From assembly GCF_006345805.1 (NCBI RefSeq), contig NC_043018.1:10106001-10170000 (forward strand): a DNA stretch of 64,000 nt, in the 5' to 3' direction. The notes below the pieces were generated by a model, which saw only the letters and a program-made list of their open reading frames with translations, was not told where the DNA came from and searched no databases. Positions within the stretch are counted from its first letter, which is position 1. Each line of letters begins with the position of its first letter. Of this stretch, positions 37,041-50,656 are shown piece after piece. The DNA comes from Octopus sinensis (lineage: Eukaryota). The position numbers and the translations under genes are program-made.

Positions 37041-37345
37041 CACGTGATCATGTGACTGACAGGCCATCAGATGTTGTTACACATCGCTGGTCACAATGCG
37101 TTCGCATTGTTTTAGCCTTTGAATGACGCCACCCCGCTGGCTAAGCGAGCAGGCCAACAGAAGAAAGAGTGAGAGAAAGAGTGGTGAAAGAGTACAGCAG
37201 GGATCATCCCCACCTGCCGGAGCCTCGTGGAACTTTAAGGTGTTTTCGCTCAATAAACACACACAACGCCTGGTCTGGGAATCGAAACCGCGATCCTTCG
37301 ACCACAAGTCCGCTGCCCTAACCACTGGGCCATTGCACCTCCACT
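37040..37345 (-). mobile_element. SINE family D
   Basis: Reverse-complement tRNA-like head; body matches 24272-24592. Confidence 0.8.
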
Positions 37346-38189
37346 GCAACGATTAGTAACCGAAGCAGCCGAAACGAGTGTAGGTTTATTTGAGCCTGGA
37401 ACAAAATCACAATAGAGAGCATTAAAACATTTGAACAGAAACACGATACAAAAACAGACAAGAAAAACAATATTTAGAAGGACAAGCAAAAGAAGACGGG
37501 TCATTCATGGCTTTCTTTCTTCAGTCAAGTTCCAGAAGTCACAACCATTTCAGTGAGTTACACTTGATATGGTTCAATCTGGTGGCCATCAAAAAATCGA
37601 AGCTAAGCGTATTAAACCTCTTTGTAAGAAAGCTAATGAATGTGTATGCCAGAAAAGACAAAAAAAACAACAAAATATGGAGAATATGGTACATAATTAT
37701 GAATACAAACAACAAGAAATAACAACAGGCGTCTTTCGACTGAGAACGAATCAAATTGAGCTGGCATGTGTGAAGTGAAAGCCTAGAGGCAGAACCATGG
37801 GAGATGGACATAAGAGGTGTTGGTGGTTGTTAGTCAGGCTAAGAAAGAAAGATCATAGCTGGGCGGATACTGGTCACATGGAAGGAGGAGAGATGGGTAG
37901 GGGGCAGCGGGATTGAAGAATAAGAAAAAAATTAAAGACAACGAGTAAGGGGAGATAAATGTGTGGGAAATAGCAGGAATTAGGGAAAGAGAGGGTCAAG
38001 AAATGTGAGTGAGGGGGAGCAAGAAAAAGGAAGAAAAATGAGAGGGGGATTAAAAGACAGAGTAAGACTTGTACAAAATTTAGATACATATATATTCTTA
38101 CATATATGCATGCATATATGCATACATATATACATATATATATACATACATACAAATATATATATATATACATACAAATATATATACAT

Positions 38190-38234
<45 letters not shown>

Positions 38235-38394
38235 TATATATATACATACATACATATATACATATACATATATGTACATATATACATACATACATATATG
38301 CAGACATACATACATATATGTATACATACATATATACATACATACATACATACATATATACATACATACATACATATATATATTATATATATAT

Positions 38395-38446
<52 letters not shown>

Positions 38447-38459
38447 CACATATACATAC

Positions 38460-40070
38460 ATATATAAAGACACAACTGAGAGATCTGCAACCAAGGGAAA
38501 CAATGGCACTTGTCCAGCCCCCAAAACACCTGAAGACCAAAGAGGTGTGATGTCCAAAAAAGGAAAGCACCTTAAAAGCGACAGAAAGCAAGAGGTAAAA
38601 GAAAAGAAAAAGAAAACAACAAAAACTGTTTAGAAAAAAACAGAAGAGCCCCAGCAAGAGCTACAGGGGTTTCAAGGGCAAAGGCAGGAGCATATGCAAA
38701 TTTTTTTCTGCAAGGAAACTGTTGGCATGGCGACGATGCTGCAAACTGTCGTTTTGCACATCAGAAGCCCTGCCAAATCACATGGGCCCAAGACAACAAT
38801 CCCTCCACGAGGGGGATAAAAAGAAAGAGAATAATATCAAAGAAGGAAAAATGGTGCACTGACTACTCCCGAAAGACAATATGCGGATGTAGTGCACAGT
38901 CCAAAAAGGATACTGTATGGCCCAACAAATGGCCAGCTTTACCCAGATGTGAGAAGGGCAGCAGCTGAACAGCAATCTTTTTTGTGCATGGCACAAAAAA
39001 TTGTCCAGCAGCTGACCTGGCTACAAACACAAAGCTGGAACTATACCTACCACCACCAACAGATGCAGGATGGCCAACACACACATCACAAAAATATTTC
39101 TACTGAACGTAGGAGGACTATTGCGTGGCAACTGCAAAAGGAAAATCTCGTTCCTGAGAGACCTTGCGGCATGCAATCAAGCTATATGCATGGCACTCAT
39201 AGAAACACATCTTGGACCTGATATAGGGGATGCAGAAATAAACATACCGCAATATGTTGTCATACGCTCAGATAGTAAAGAGAGGAGTCACAGTGGAGTT
39301 GCAGTGTACATCCGAGATGACCTCACGCCCCAGATCCTATTTTCATATTCAAACTCAGTGTGTAACACCCAGATTGTACACATAAGACAACTGAATACCT
39401 ATTTCTTTACTACCCACAAGGGGCTAAACACAGAGAGGACAAACAAGGACAGACAAACGGATTAAGTCGATTATATCGACCTCAGTGCGTAACTGGTACT
39501 TAATTTATCGACCCTGAAAGGATGAAAGGCAAAGTCGACCTCGGCGGAATTTGAACTCAGAACGTAACGGCAGATGAAATACAGCTACACATTTCGGCCG
39601 GCGTGCTAACGTTTCTGCCAGCTCGCTGCCTAAAGACAACTGAATATCGTCATATGTACTACATATCGCCCACCGGATGCCCCAAATCACACAGGCATAT
39701 TTGAAGACTGCCTAACAAAAATAGGAGAAGTTCTCGCCAAACTGGAACAACAGAATAGTGTATTCTTCATGGGTGACTTTAACTTCCTCAATGTGGAATG
39801 TGGAATGGTCCCAGGGATGACAGACCATCAGCAAGCACAAGCAGAATCCCTGCTCCACCCCACAGGCGCCTCTTTCAGGGAGCAAATTGTGCTGCAACCA
39901 ACAAGGGCAAATAATATACTGGATCTCTGCTTCACAAACAATATGGACATTATCCATAATGTTAAAGTGATGCCGACATTGGTCTCGGATCACAACATAA
40001 TAGAGCTGTCTATGTATGGACCAAAAGCCCCCGCATACGCACAGCCTATACGAAGCATCCACAATACATA
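38460..40070 (+). mobile_element. Decayed LINE 5' portion: CCCH zinc-finger ORF1 remnant plus APE-like endonuclease, split by a SINE
   Basis: ICKFF/LQGNCWHGDDAANCRFAHQKPC near 38695-38785 (1 frameshift); endonuclease motifs N, ETHL, R.D, GVAVY, YRPP, GDFN, PTR, LDL and SDH are in frame once 39398-39646 is excised. Confidence 0.85.
39398..39632 (-). mobile_element. Young family-B SINE nested in the LINE endonuclease
   Basis: Perfect 14-bp TSD aagacaactgaata at 39384-39397 and 39633-39646. Confidence 0.9.
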
Positions 40071-41571
40071 TATATATATATACACATATAGCAAAGAAGT
40101 TGTGTGTTGGTGAGACAATAGCACATACTGCTGTGGAGCCATTTTTGTCTTCCCCAATAACCATTTCTGCCATTGTTCGCCTGCCATCATCAAACTTAAG
40201 AAAACAGGTCTTCATGTCGTTCTACACATCCATAATAGTGGGAAGGATTTCTGTATCGTGGCTGACATTAAGCTTGCCACGAATCTTCATTGGCAATATT
40301 TTCCATCAGCTGAGCTGCACAATAGGCTGGTACCTTAACTCCGGTATGACCATCGAATATATATTTCTTTACTACCCACAAGGGGCTAAACATAGAGGGG
40401 ACAAACAAGGACAGGCAAACGGATTAAGTCGATTACATCGACCCCAGTGCGTAACTGGTACTTAATTTATCGACCCCGAAAGGATGAAAGGCAAAGTTGA
40501 CCTCAGGACTGGTCAGTAAGGCCATGCAGTAGGCCGAGAGCTGTGGGAATCCTCCATTTACACACGCCACCCCTGCGTACTGCTGAGGCCAAAACGAAGC
40601 CCATTCCCAATTCATTATGTTTTCTGTCTTGTGTGCGTCAAGAAAGTTCCCAAGACAACTTGTTCCACAAGATTCTGCACTTGATGGTGTCTGCATACAC
40701 CAGAATGCTGCTTGCTTCTCCTCTTAATTAAAAGAGACGAATCAGATTTTTAATGTTTCCACTTTATTTATTGTATATTTAGAAACTGAAGCAAGCTTTT
40801 GTTTACTTTAAAAAAAAAATAAAACGAATCTGTTATCACTGTTTTTACAAAAAGGGGGAGAAACAAAGATTAATTGGAAACACAGAAAAAACTTATTCCG
40901 TATCGAGTATAATTAAGGTTTCTTCCTCTAGTTTGTTTATCAATTTGGTCCAACGTATGAATATCAATTTGATAGGAGTGCATATGGGTGTTGAGTGTAC
41001 AAAAGCGTAAATACTGCGACAGAAAGGGCGGGAAGGCAAAAAAACGGAGGCGGCAGATATTGGAGTCTGTATGAATGCATCGTTATCTTGCAGGGTTATC
41101 ATGAAAAACACAAAACAAGGAACTCGTTAGATTAAAATAGAAACACTCTTCTTACCATTTATCAAAAGTTGTAAGTTATCGAATATAAACAACACACATT
41201 GGGATTTTATTATTACTTTTTTCCTTTCGACCTTTCGATGTGTAGTTTTTTTAAGCACAACTATTTCGTTGTCGTTTTTGAATCGCAAATAGAAGCGGGA
41301 AAATGATGGATTGTCGGAGGGATTCGCTTGCATTTAAAGATCTAGAGCTGCACGTTTGTTACTTATTTTTATATTCACAGCGAAGAAAGAATATCTCTTC
41401 CGAGATAATATCGTTTCAGTAATTTTTGTTGACGTCAAATAGTCTTAAAAGGGCGATGCAACAATGATTGTCGAAGGTAAACTTTCGGAGGTGACGGTTG
41501 TGGTATCTTCCATAACCGTTTCAATATGGCGGTACTGTGTCAGGCTTAACAAAATATATATTATCCTATCA

Positions 41572-41805
41572 AAGGCGGCGAGCTGGCAGAAACGTTAGCG
41601 CGCCGGGCGAAATGCTTAGCGGTATTTCGTCCGTCGTTACGTTCTGAGTTCAAATTCCGCCGAGGTCGACTTTGCCTTTCATCATCTCGGGATCGATAAA
41701 TAAAGTACCAGTTTCGCACTGGAGTCGATGTAATCGACTTAATCCCTTTGTCTGACCTTGTTTGTCCCCTCTACGTTTAGCCCCTTGTGGGTAATAAAGA
41801 AATAT
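41572..41805 (+). mobile_element. Young family-B SINE with 18-bp TSD
   Basis: TSD atatatattatcctatca at 41554-41571 and 41806-41823. Confidence 0.9.
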
Positions 41806-41926
41806 ATATATATTATCCTATCACTGAGTCCCTTTATTTATTGCTCTGTGTTTAGGACTTTAGCTGAATATATTATCACATGTTTGGGTTTATTTGTTGT
41901 CCTAAATTTAGGTTCATATATTGTCC

Positions 41927-42600
41927 TTTTAAACTTCGTATACTGGTAGAATGTTTTTATAAAACATCATTTTTTCTTGGCTTTATTGAGAAAATTCTAT
42001 ATGTTGTAACATATTTCCACTTTAATTTCGAGCATTTCGGCAATTTTAATCAATCAATTACCTCCATTTGGGGTGAAAAGATTCTGTGCTGTATGAATAT
42101 GTCTCTTGTTTAAGAAACAGATTGGGTTTATTTACATTTGCGAAGAAAAAAAGATATCCTTCCCCCACCCCTAACTCTAAATCTAAAATAGATTGAAATG
42201 CAATAGATTGATACCAGGGCCATAATTATGGGTGACATTTTCATTTGGCACCGCTAGAAAAAAATCCCATTTTCTGTAGCGGTGTCGTATGAAATTGTCA
42301 CCCATAATTATGGCCCTGGTATCAATCTATTGCATTTCAATCTATTTTAGGGTTAGGGTGGGGGAAGGGTATCTTCTTTTCTTCGCAAATGTAAATAAAC
42401 CCAATCTGTTTCTTAAACAAGGGACATATTCATACAGCACGGAATCTTTTCACCCCAAATGGAGGTGAGCGATTGGTTAAAATTGCCGAAATGCTTGAAA
42501 TTTCAGACGAAATATCTTACAAACTATAGAATTTTCTTAATAAAGCCAAGAAAAAAATGATGTTTTATAAACACATTCTACCAGTATATGAAGTTTAAAA
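41927..42600. mobile_element. Foldback/MITE element with ~310-bp terminal inverted repeats
   Basis: ttttaaacttcgtatactggtagaatg...gggtgacatttt vs aaattgtcaccc...ctaccagtatatgaagtttaaaa; ~50-nt centre. Confidence 0.85.
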
Positions 42601-45600
42601 GTGTTTAGTTAACTAGAAATTGTATTGACATCTGTCATTCAAAAGGAAAAGATCCTAATAATTTAGTGTCCTTTATCAACTTTGCTCTGTTTTCACATAT
42701 TCTCCTATGTTTTGGTTTCACACATTGTCCTGAGTTTGGGTTTAGATGTTATCCGATATTTATCTCACTGTATTATCTTTGCATACACAGTATAGTCAAG
42801 CGGTTAAGTAACATATTTGTTTCTTTGTCAAAGGCCCAGTTTCAATTCCACTGCGTGGTATCTGATACAAACCTAATTTTCTAATGTCTTATGCTGACCT
42901 ATACTTGAAAGTGAAATTTGGTTGACAGAAAGTATATGGAAGTCCTTTGTACGGATTTTACCAGTAATTTAAACTGGCCAGACGTTAAAATAATTTAATC
43001 TCTTCCATCAAAATTATAAATTAATTTGTTTCAAATACCAAATTAATAATGACAAAGTTATATCACGAAATTCTTCATTACTAGCAAAATTAATTAAAAC
43101 AGAGGCAGTGAATTTTAGCAGAAATATGGTAACAAAAGGGTTAAAGTGATCTAAAATCTTCCATCAAAATTATAAATTAATTTGTGTTTCAAATACCAGA
43201 TTAATAATGACAAAGTTATTTTACTAAATCCTTTATTACTTTGAAAATTTGTTGAAACAAAGGCAGCATATTTCAACAGAAATATGAATACAAAAACGTT
43301 TAATGTGGAACAATTTTGTTCTGACATTTATGTATTTACTATTAAATCATTACCAACTTTGTCTAAATCTCCCCTGTTTTCTCATTTTCTTCGTTGTTTT
43401 GCTGTAATTTTGTTGAATCAAGTATTGTCAACTTGTCTCTGTCACCTTTGTCTTAGAAACTTAATCCTCTCATTCTAAGAACGGTCAGTATTGTCATATT
43501 TAGTGCTGCACATTGTCTTTTAGTCCGCTTTGTAGTTTCTTTCAGTTGTTTTCTTTGTTTGTTTTTTCATTTGTTTTGTTCCTTAGATATTTTATTGAAT
43601 TATTTATTTGCTCTAAGTAAGAATTAATCTGATTTCTCCAAGGTATCTCTTCTCTCAAGATCTCCAACAAAATGTCTGAATCTTGTAAACATTAATACAT
43701 AACTACTATATATATGTGAATATATATTCATATATATATATATATGCGAGTGTGTATGAGCGTGTGTATCGTGTGTGTGTGTGTGTATGTTTTCAATTTT
43801 TGCGAGACCTTCAAGTGTATGTGTGTGTGTGTATTTTATATATATATCATCATCATCATCGTTTAACGTCCGCTTTCCATGCTAGCATGGGTTGGACGGT
43901 TCAACTGGGGTCTGGGAAGCCCAAAGGCTGCACCAGGCCAGTCAGATCTGGCAGTGTTTCTACAGCTGGATGCCCTTCCTAACGCCAAATATATATATAT
44001 ATATATATATAATTATTTTTAGTTATCTGGGGCCCATATGGATTGTGTACCCCTAAGCTGTAATTTGTTTGGTTTATCCCTAAATCTGGCACTACTCCTG
44101 AAGGAGTAGTTTGTTAGACTATCCATCATAGTACACTAATTTACCAGTTCACCAATTTACCAATTTATTCTATTTTTGAAAAACATGTAAAATGACTTAT
44201 CAAACGTCTTCTTTTAAACAATAAAAATATCAACTTTGCTTTTTATCCTATAAAGGTTGATTAAAAAAAGTACCGTTTGAGAGCAGTGGCTTGGTAGATC
44301 ATAATCATGACAGTTGACATGTCTTGTGCTATCTGTTCTGGCTCTGCATGTTCTGAGTTCAAACCCTGCTTTGTCACCAAATAACAGTAATTCTTCTGTT
44401 GGGAGTTGTGAACAATTCAGGTAATTTCAATGATTTGAAAGGCTAAAACCAGCAGAAACAATTTTATTTGGTTTAACCCAAATACCAACTGCCACCAACT
44501 TGAAGAATGGGGTTGGCTGAAAGAATAGTGTGCCAAAAAACCAAGTGAGAAGGTCACTGGTTCAAACCTTATTACTAGTTGTGGATTCTGTCCTTGGTCA
44601 ATACACTCAACTCTCAATGATCCAGTTAACCTCTCTGTAAATGTGTATACTAAGGATATAAGGTAAAAAAAAACCTTCATTTATGAATGATCATGGGATT
44701 GCATCTAGAAAGTTCCCCTCCAAAGCACAAGTCCAAGATTGGTTATGGAAGACCAGCAGTCGCCCATACATACCGGCCTCCCTTCTCCACACCACTAACA
44801 TTATCCAAGAGAAAGACAAAAGCTGATACAGCTTGGCACCGATAACATCGCAATTCATTTCTACAGCTGAGTGAACTGGAGTAATGTGAAAATAGAGTGT
44901 CTTGCTCAAGAACACAACACACAGCCTGATCTGGGAATTGAACTCACTACCTCATGATTGTGAGCCCAACACTCTAACCACTGAGCCAGTCGACTGTTAC
45001 ATGTAGAAGCAGGATGGAGTTGATTTCCTCTAGTAAGAGAATGCCATCTTTGATAAGTGTGTGTCCTATCCAGGGGGAGGTCTGTTTCGCATGAAGTCGC
45101 TTGCTAAAAAAGGAAAAAAGAGGTTAAAAACTTTGAGAAAAAATGTTTAAAAATGAGCAACAGAATTATACTAGGTTCATAAACAATATAAAAAATTCTT
45201 AGAGTCTGAGAAAATCAATGATGGCCTGTTGTTGACAAAATGATGCCATAAGAATTTGTAGAATGGAATACTCAAACAATAAGACACCTTGGAAACAATA
45301 TATATATTAGATTTGTTGCCTTGGTAACAAATCATATCAGATTTGTTGCTTTGGTACCAGAATCCATCCTGTCTGCAGCCTTGGTAATAAAATTGATTAG
45401 AAATGCTGCTTTGGTAAGAAATTTATTGAGTCTGCTGTTGTCATGGTAGCAAAATTTATCCGATCCACTGCTGTAATAAATGAATCTTCTGCCAATGTTG
45501 GACTTAAATCTCTTAAGCAGTCCAACACCACCACCACCACCTCACTCTTAACTTTTCTGTTACCATATTGCTGCTGAAATACACTGCCTTTGTTGCAGTT

Positions 45601-46231
45601 AGTTCCAAAAGTAATGGAAAATTTTGTAGAATATCTTGGATTATTAAGCTTGTGTGTGGAACATAAATGAACATAAAATTTTGATGGAAGATTTTAATTT
45701 AGAATTATAATTTTAGTTTGAATTATAAAACCAGGGGCAGGCTCAAGCAGGTTGGTGCTAAAAGGGTTCGATCTTTTTGTTACCATTTTTCTGTTAAAAT
45801 ATGTTGCCTTTGTTTCAATAAATTTTTAAAATAATGAAGTGTTTTTGGTAGAATATCTTGGATTATTAAGATGGTGCTTGGAACATAGATTAACAAAGGA
45901 AGCATATAATGCAGACTACTTTAAATAAGAATTTTGCATCATAGAACCACAAGCAGTCTCTAGCAGAATGATGCCAAAATGGTTAAGTGATTTTAGCACA
46001 GTCCATTCAGTTACAAGCACCAGGTCTGAGAATGGTTCTCTCCTTCCTCCCAGTGGCATCAGGGAATTATGGGTGTTGTCCAATATTCACCAAAATAAAT
46101 TATGAAAAGAAAAGAAGAGTCATTAGATGGGAGGAATGAAGGTCAAAGAATTAGTCAAAGAGAATATTTGGTTTAGAACCTTACATTGAAGTGCTTCAGT
46201 CTTCAGTTTTAACACAGTCGATGTCCATTTA

Positions 46232-47080
46232 TCATCATCACCATCGTTTAACTTCTGTTTTCCATGCTAGCATGGGTTGGACGGTTCGACCGGGATCTGG
46301 GAAGCTAGAAGGCTGCACCAGGCCCCAGTCTAAACGGGCAGAGTTTCTACAGCTGGATGCCCTTCCTAACGCCAACCACTCCATGAGTGTAGTGGGTGCT
46401 TTTTACGTACCACCAGTACAGGTGCCAGGCGAGGCTGGCAACGGCAACGATCAGATTGGTGCTTTTTATGTGCCACCAGCACGGAAGCCAGTCAAGGAGG
46501 CGCTGGCATTGGCCAAATTATAATTTATAATTATATAAAATTCTTTCAGTCATTGACAGCAGTTTCTTCATGAACAAAAATCAACATAAACGTCTTTGAT
46601 TGGCAAATGCCGAAAGACCTTTCAATATTGGTACTATTAACATATGCACCATATGGTTGGAGCATAAGTTAACCCTTGAGAATTTAAACTGACCATATCT
46701 GTCCGATCGTGGTCGATGCCAGCCACACTCCCACACCCTGACTGGCTCCTGTGCTGGTGGCATGTAAAAAGCACCATCCGAACATGGCCGATGCCAGTGC
46801 CCCCTGACTGGCTCTCGTGCCAGTGGCATGTAAAAAGCACCATCTGAACATGGCCGATGCTAGTGCCCCCTGACTGGCTCCCATGCCGGTGGCACGTAAA
46901 AATCACATTCTACACTCTTGGAGGGGTTGGCATTAGGAAGGGCATCCAGCTGTAGAAATATTACCAGATCAGATTGGAGCCTGGTGCAGCCTCCTGGCTT
47001 GCCAGTCCCCAGTCAAACCATCCAACCCATGCCAGCATGGAAAACGGACGTTAAACGATGAGGATGATGATGATGACGCC
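46232..47080. mobile_element. Head-to-head pair of family-C elements (46232-46515 minus; 46700-47080 plus)
   Basis: (CAT)n tail at the left end, (GAT)n tail at the right end; shared cores in opposite orientation. Confidence 0.8.
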
Positions 47081-48837
47081 CTAAGGTCGATTTGTGCAAC
47101 TAAAACCTTCAAGGTGATGCTCCAGCATGGCTGCAGTCAGATGACAGAAACAAGTAAAAGAATAAAAGAATACTTGTGCGCATGTGTGTGTGTGTGTGTG
47201 TGTTTGCCTCCTGTGCCAAAAAGTACTGTCACAAAAAACAGGCTGAGTATCTCTTCAACTATGCCAAACCATCCGAGCCCAAACAGCCCAACCCGATCCT
47301 CTTATTCCAATAAACACTTACATGTTTACAGTTACAAATCGGGTCTTCTTTGATGAGTTGCAGACATGGCTGTGTGGTAGGAAGTCTGCTTCCCAACCAC
47401 ATGGTTCAAGTTTCAGTCCCACAGCACAGCACCTTGAGACAAACGTTTCTCTACTGTAGCCTATGGCCGACCAAAGCCTCATGAGTGCATTTGGTAAATG
47501 GAAACTGAAAGAAGCCTGTCATATATATGTATAAATATATGTGTGTGTGTGTGTGTATGGCCTTTAGCGTTAGGAAGGGCATCCAGCTGTGGAAACTCTG
47601 CCAGATCTGATTGGAGCCTGGTGCAGCCATTTGGCTTGCCAGTCCTCAGTCAAATCATCCAAGTATGGAAAGTGCTAGTATGGAAAGCAGATGTTAAACG
47701 ATGATGATGATGTGTATGTATGTATATATATATATATACATATATATACATACGTGCCTTTTGTGGCTATAAGGGTCTTTGACTCTTGTTTCTAGCAATG
47801 TAGATGCTACCCCACACCCTCACTCACTATTAATAATGATTGAAATTTTCTATTTTGGTTTTATATTGTCTAACCACCTTCGTTATTTCATATATATATA
47901 TATATGGATAGATAGGCATACCACATACACACGTGTCTGTGTGTGTGAGTTTTTGTGTTTGTCTCTCACCACTGCTTGACAACCAGTGTTGGTTTGTTTG
48001 TGTCCCCATAATCTCGTGGTTCAGTCAAGGAGACTGACAGAATAAGTGCTAGCCTTAAACGAAAAAAAAGTAAGTACTGAGGTCAGTTCCTTTGACCAAA
48101 AATTATTCAAGGTGCTGCCCCAGCATGGCCGCAGTCTAATGACTGAAACAAATAAAAGAAAACAAAAAAACATTTTCACTCTAATTTTCTCTAATTTCTC
48201 CAAATTCTTTAAATTTCTTCAAATTCTTCTGCAAATGTCCAGCCAGTGTTTCTCAACCATTCTTTTTTTTATACTTACGGACTCCTTTGGTTCCTCATTG
48301 GCTCAGATAGACTCTCCTAGCCATTCGATGTTTTAAAAAACCCAATTATATTTTTATAATTAAAAATTATTAGAAATCATATAAAACAATCATTAAAATA
48401 TTCTGTGTATTGTAGAAGCATAACCAATTTATTGCAGATGAAGTTAAATTAAAGAAAGGTCTTATATGGATCCCCAAGCATCATATGCCCCCCACCCCAA
48501 AGGCCATATGGACCCTGGTTGGGAATCACTGCGCTAAACATCTTTTCTCAAATATTTCTTTCTTCTTTTGACTGCACTGCATGGCTTTTGCTGTTTTGTT
48601 TTTATTCAAATTTATATTTTTGAGGTGAGAAGACATATGTGTTTCTTAAACTTTGATAAGAAGGTAATCCTTACCAAAAATTTATTTATTCATTTGTTTG
48701 TTGATTAATTTGTATGTTTATTATTTACTTTTTCAAACTGACAAAGATAAAAACGATATACTCATTCCAGTAATATAACTAAGTAAATAAGAAGATTCAC
48801 AGAGGTTTTAAGATTAGGATAATAATCAGAAATGTAG

Positions 48838-49075
48838 TGATGATAATGATAATGATGATGATGATGAAGATGATGATTACAATGATGATGATGATGATGA
48901 TGATAGTGATGACAATGATGAAGATGATGATGGTGATGACGATGATGAAGATGATGATGGTGATGACGATGATGAAGATGATGATGGTGATGACGATGAT
49001 GAAGATGATGATGGTGATGACAATGATGAAGATGATGATGGTGATGACGATGATGTATACAGTTATGACCCTGTT
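48838..49075. repeat. (GAT)n compound repeat with 27-bp higher-order unit
   Basis: gatgatgaagatgatgatggtgatgac repeated about 5 times. Confidence 0.85.
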
Positions 49076-49557
49076 ACTGTTGTGATGACAATAAGAGCGA
49101 CACTACTCCTGATAATAGTAATGATGATAAGGATAATAACGATGATGCTGATGCTGATAGTGGGGATGATGATGATGATGATGAATCCCCAAAGTTAAGA
49201 ACACAAGAATCAGAATAATAGCAATTTTCTTATTAAGCTAAACAACAGATACATTTTTATATGATTTGATTTTTGCTTTCTTGATGATGTTGCAGTTGCT
49301 GCTGTTTTGGTTTGTTTTAGGGAACACAATTCATAGAACGGAGTTGATTGCAATGAAGAATTATGATTCTGTCAGAGTACTGACCATTATTATTATTATT
49401 ATCATTAAGTTTGTTCATTTTCTTTGACCATTGATGATTGGTGTTGGTGTGTTTACATCCACCCCCATAACTTAGCAGTTCAGCAAAAGAGACTGATAGA
49501 ATAAGTACCAGCCTTAGAAATAGAACTGGGTCAATTTGTTTGATTAAAATTCTTCGA

Positions 49558-49947
49558 GGCAGCCTGTATTACATTTACTGTTAGCTGGAGAAGAGAGAAG
49601 AGGGAGAGAGAGTTGTTAGCTGAGGCTGAGCTGAGGGGTGGTGAGAGGTAGACTGTGGAAAGGGAAAGGGAAAGGGATAGAGAAGGTAGAAAAAGAGGGA
49701 GAGAGATAGAGAAAGAAATGAGGAATGGAGAGAGGGAGAAAAGTGATGGATGGAGGGCAGGAGGGAAGGAAAGACAGAGAGGGAGGGAGGCAGAGAAAGA
49801 GAAGTGATGGATGGAGCAAGGGAGCAAGAGAGGTAAGGAGAGTAAGAGAGAGGGAAAGTGCAAAAAGGAAAGGAATATTATCAACATAAGGCGGTGCCCC
49901 AGCATGGCCACAGTCTAATGACTGAGACAAGTAAAAGATAAAAGATA
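49558..49947 (-). repeat. Inverted partial copy of 18128-18953 (intron end, acceptor and first 27 nt of the C2A exon) inside a family-A SINE
   Basis: 49558-49584 is the reverse complement of exon nt 18927-18953; CT-rich tract and SINE tail are collinear with the source. Confidence 0.92.
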
Positions 49948-50656
49948 TCATGTCAACCCTTTTGTTACAATATTTCAGTTGAGATGCCCAGAGCTTCTTT
50001 CAATTATTTTAAATATAATAAAGAATTTAATAAAATAACTTAGTTATTATTAAGCTAGTGTTAAGAACATAAATTGTTTGGTGGAAGATTTTAATTCAGA
50101 ACTTTTGAAAACAAAATATTTGAAGTACAGAGCCAGAGGTGGTTTTAGGCAGGTTGGTGTCAAAAAGGTTAAATAATGAGAGAATTCATGAGGTGCAGAC
50201 AGAACAGTGAGAATCTAAGCAATAATGTATCTATTCATTCTTAAAACATTCTGCCAGATTTAAATGTTTCATGGTTGTCAATGGATACGGAAATCAAAAG
50301 AGAATATATCCTGCATTTCAGAATTCTACCTTACAGAAATTTTCAGGAATGCAATGTTTCCATGGTTTCGGGTTCACTCCCACTGTGTCGCACTTTGGGT
50401 AGGTGTCTTCCACTATAGCCCCGAGCCGGCCGGAGCTTTGTGATTGAATTCGGTAGGTGGAAGTTACTGCCGTGTGTGTATCTGTGCGTATAGCTGCTCA
50501 GTGCCTCTCCGAAAGAGAGAGAGGGAATAAGGGATACCGTAGACTATTTCTTGGTTTCAGACATTATATTTCCCAAGACATTCCGTTGTTTCATTTTCAC
50601 TAACAAAAACCTTTTTTTTTTTTTTTTCTTTTTTTCTTCTTCTTATCTTTTTACAG

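Noticed and set aside
48837-49085. Met-rich 82-aa ORF
   Set aside because: Translation of a (GAT)n compound repeat.
49531-49911. Second synaptotagmin gene on the minus strand ([11 protein letters not shown])
   Set aside because: Only 27 nt of exon are copied, with no donor or further exons; it is a templated fragment.
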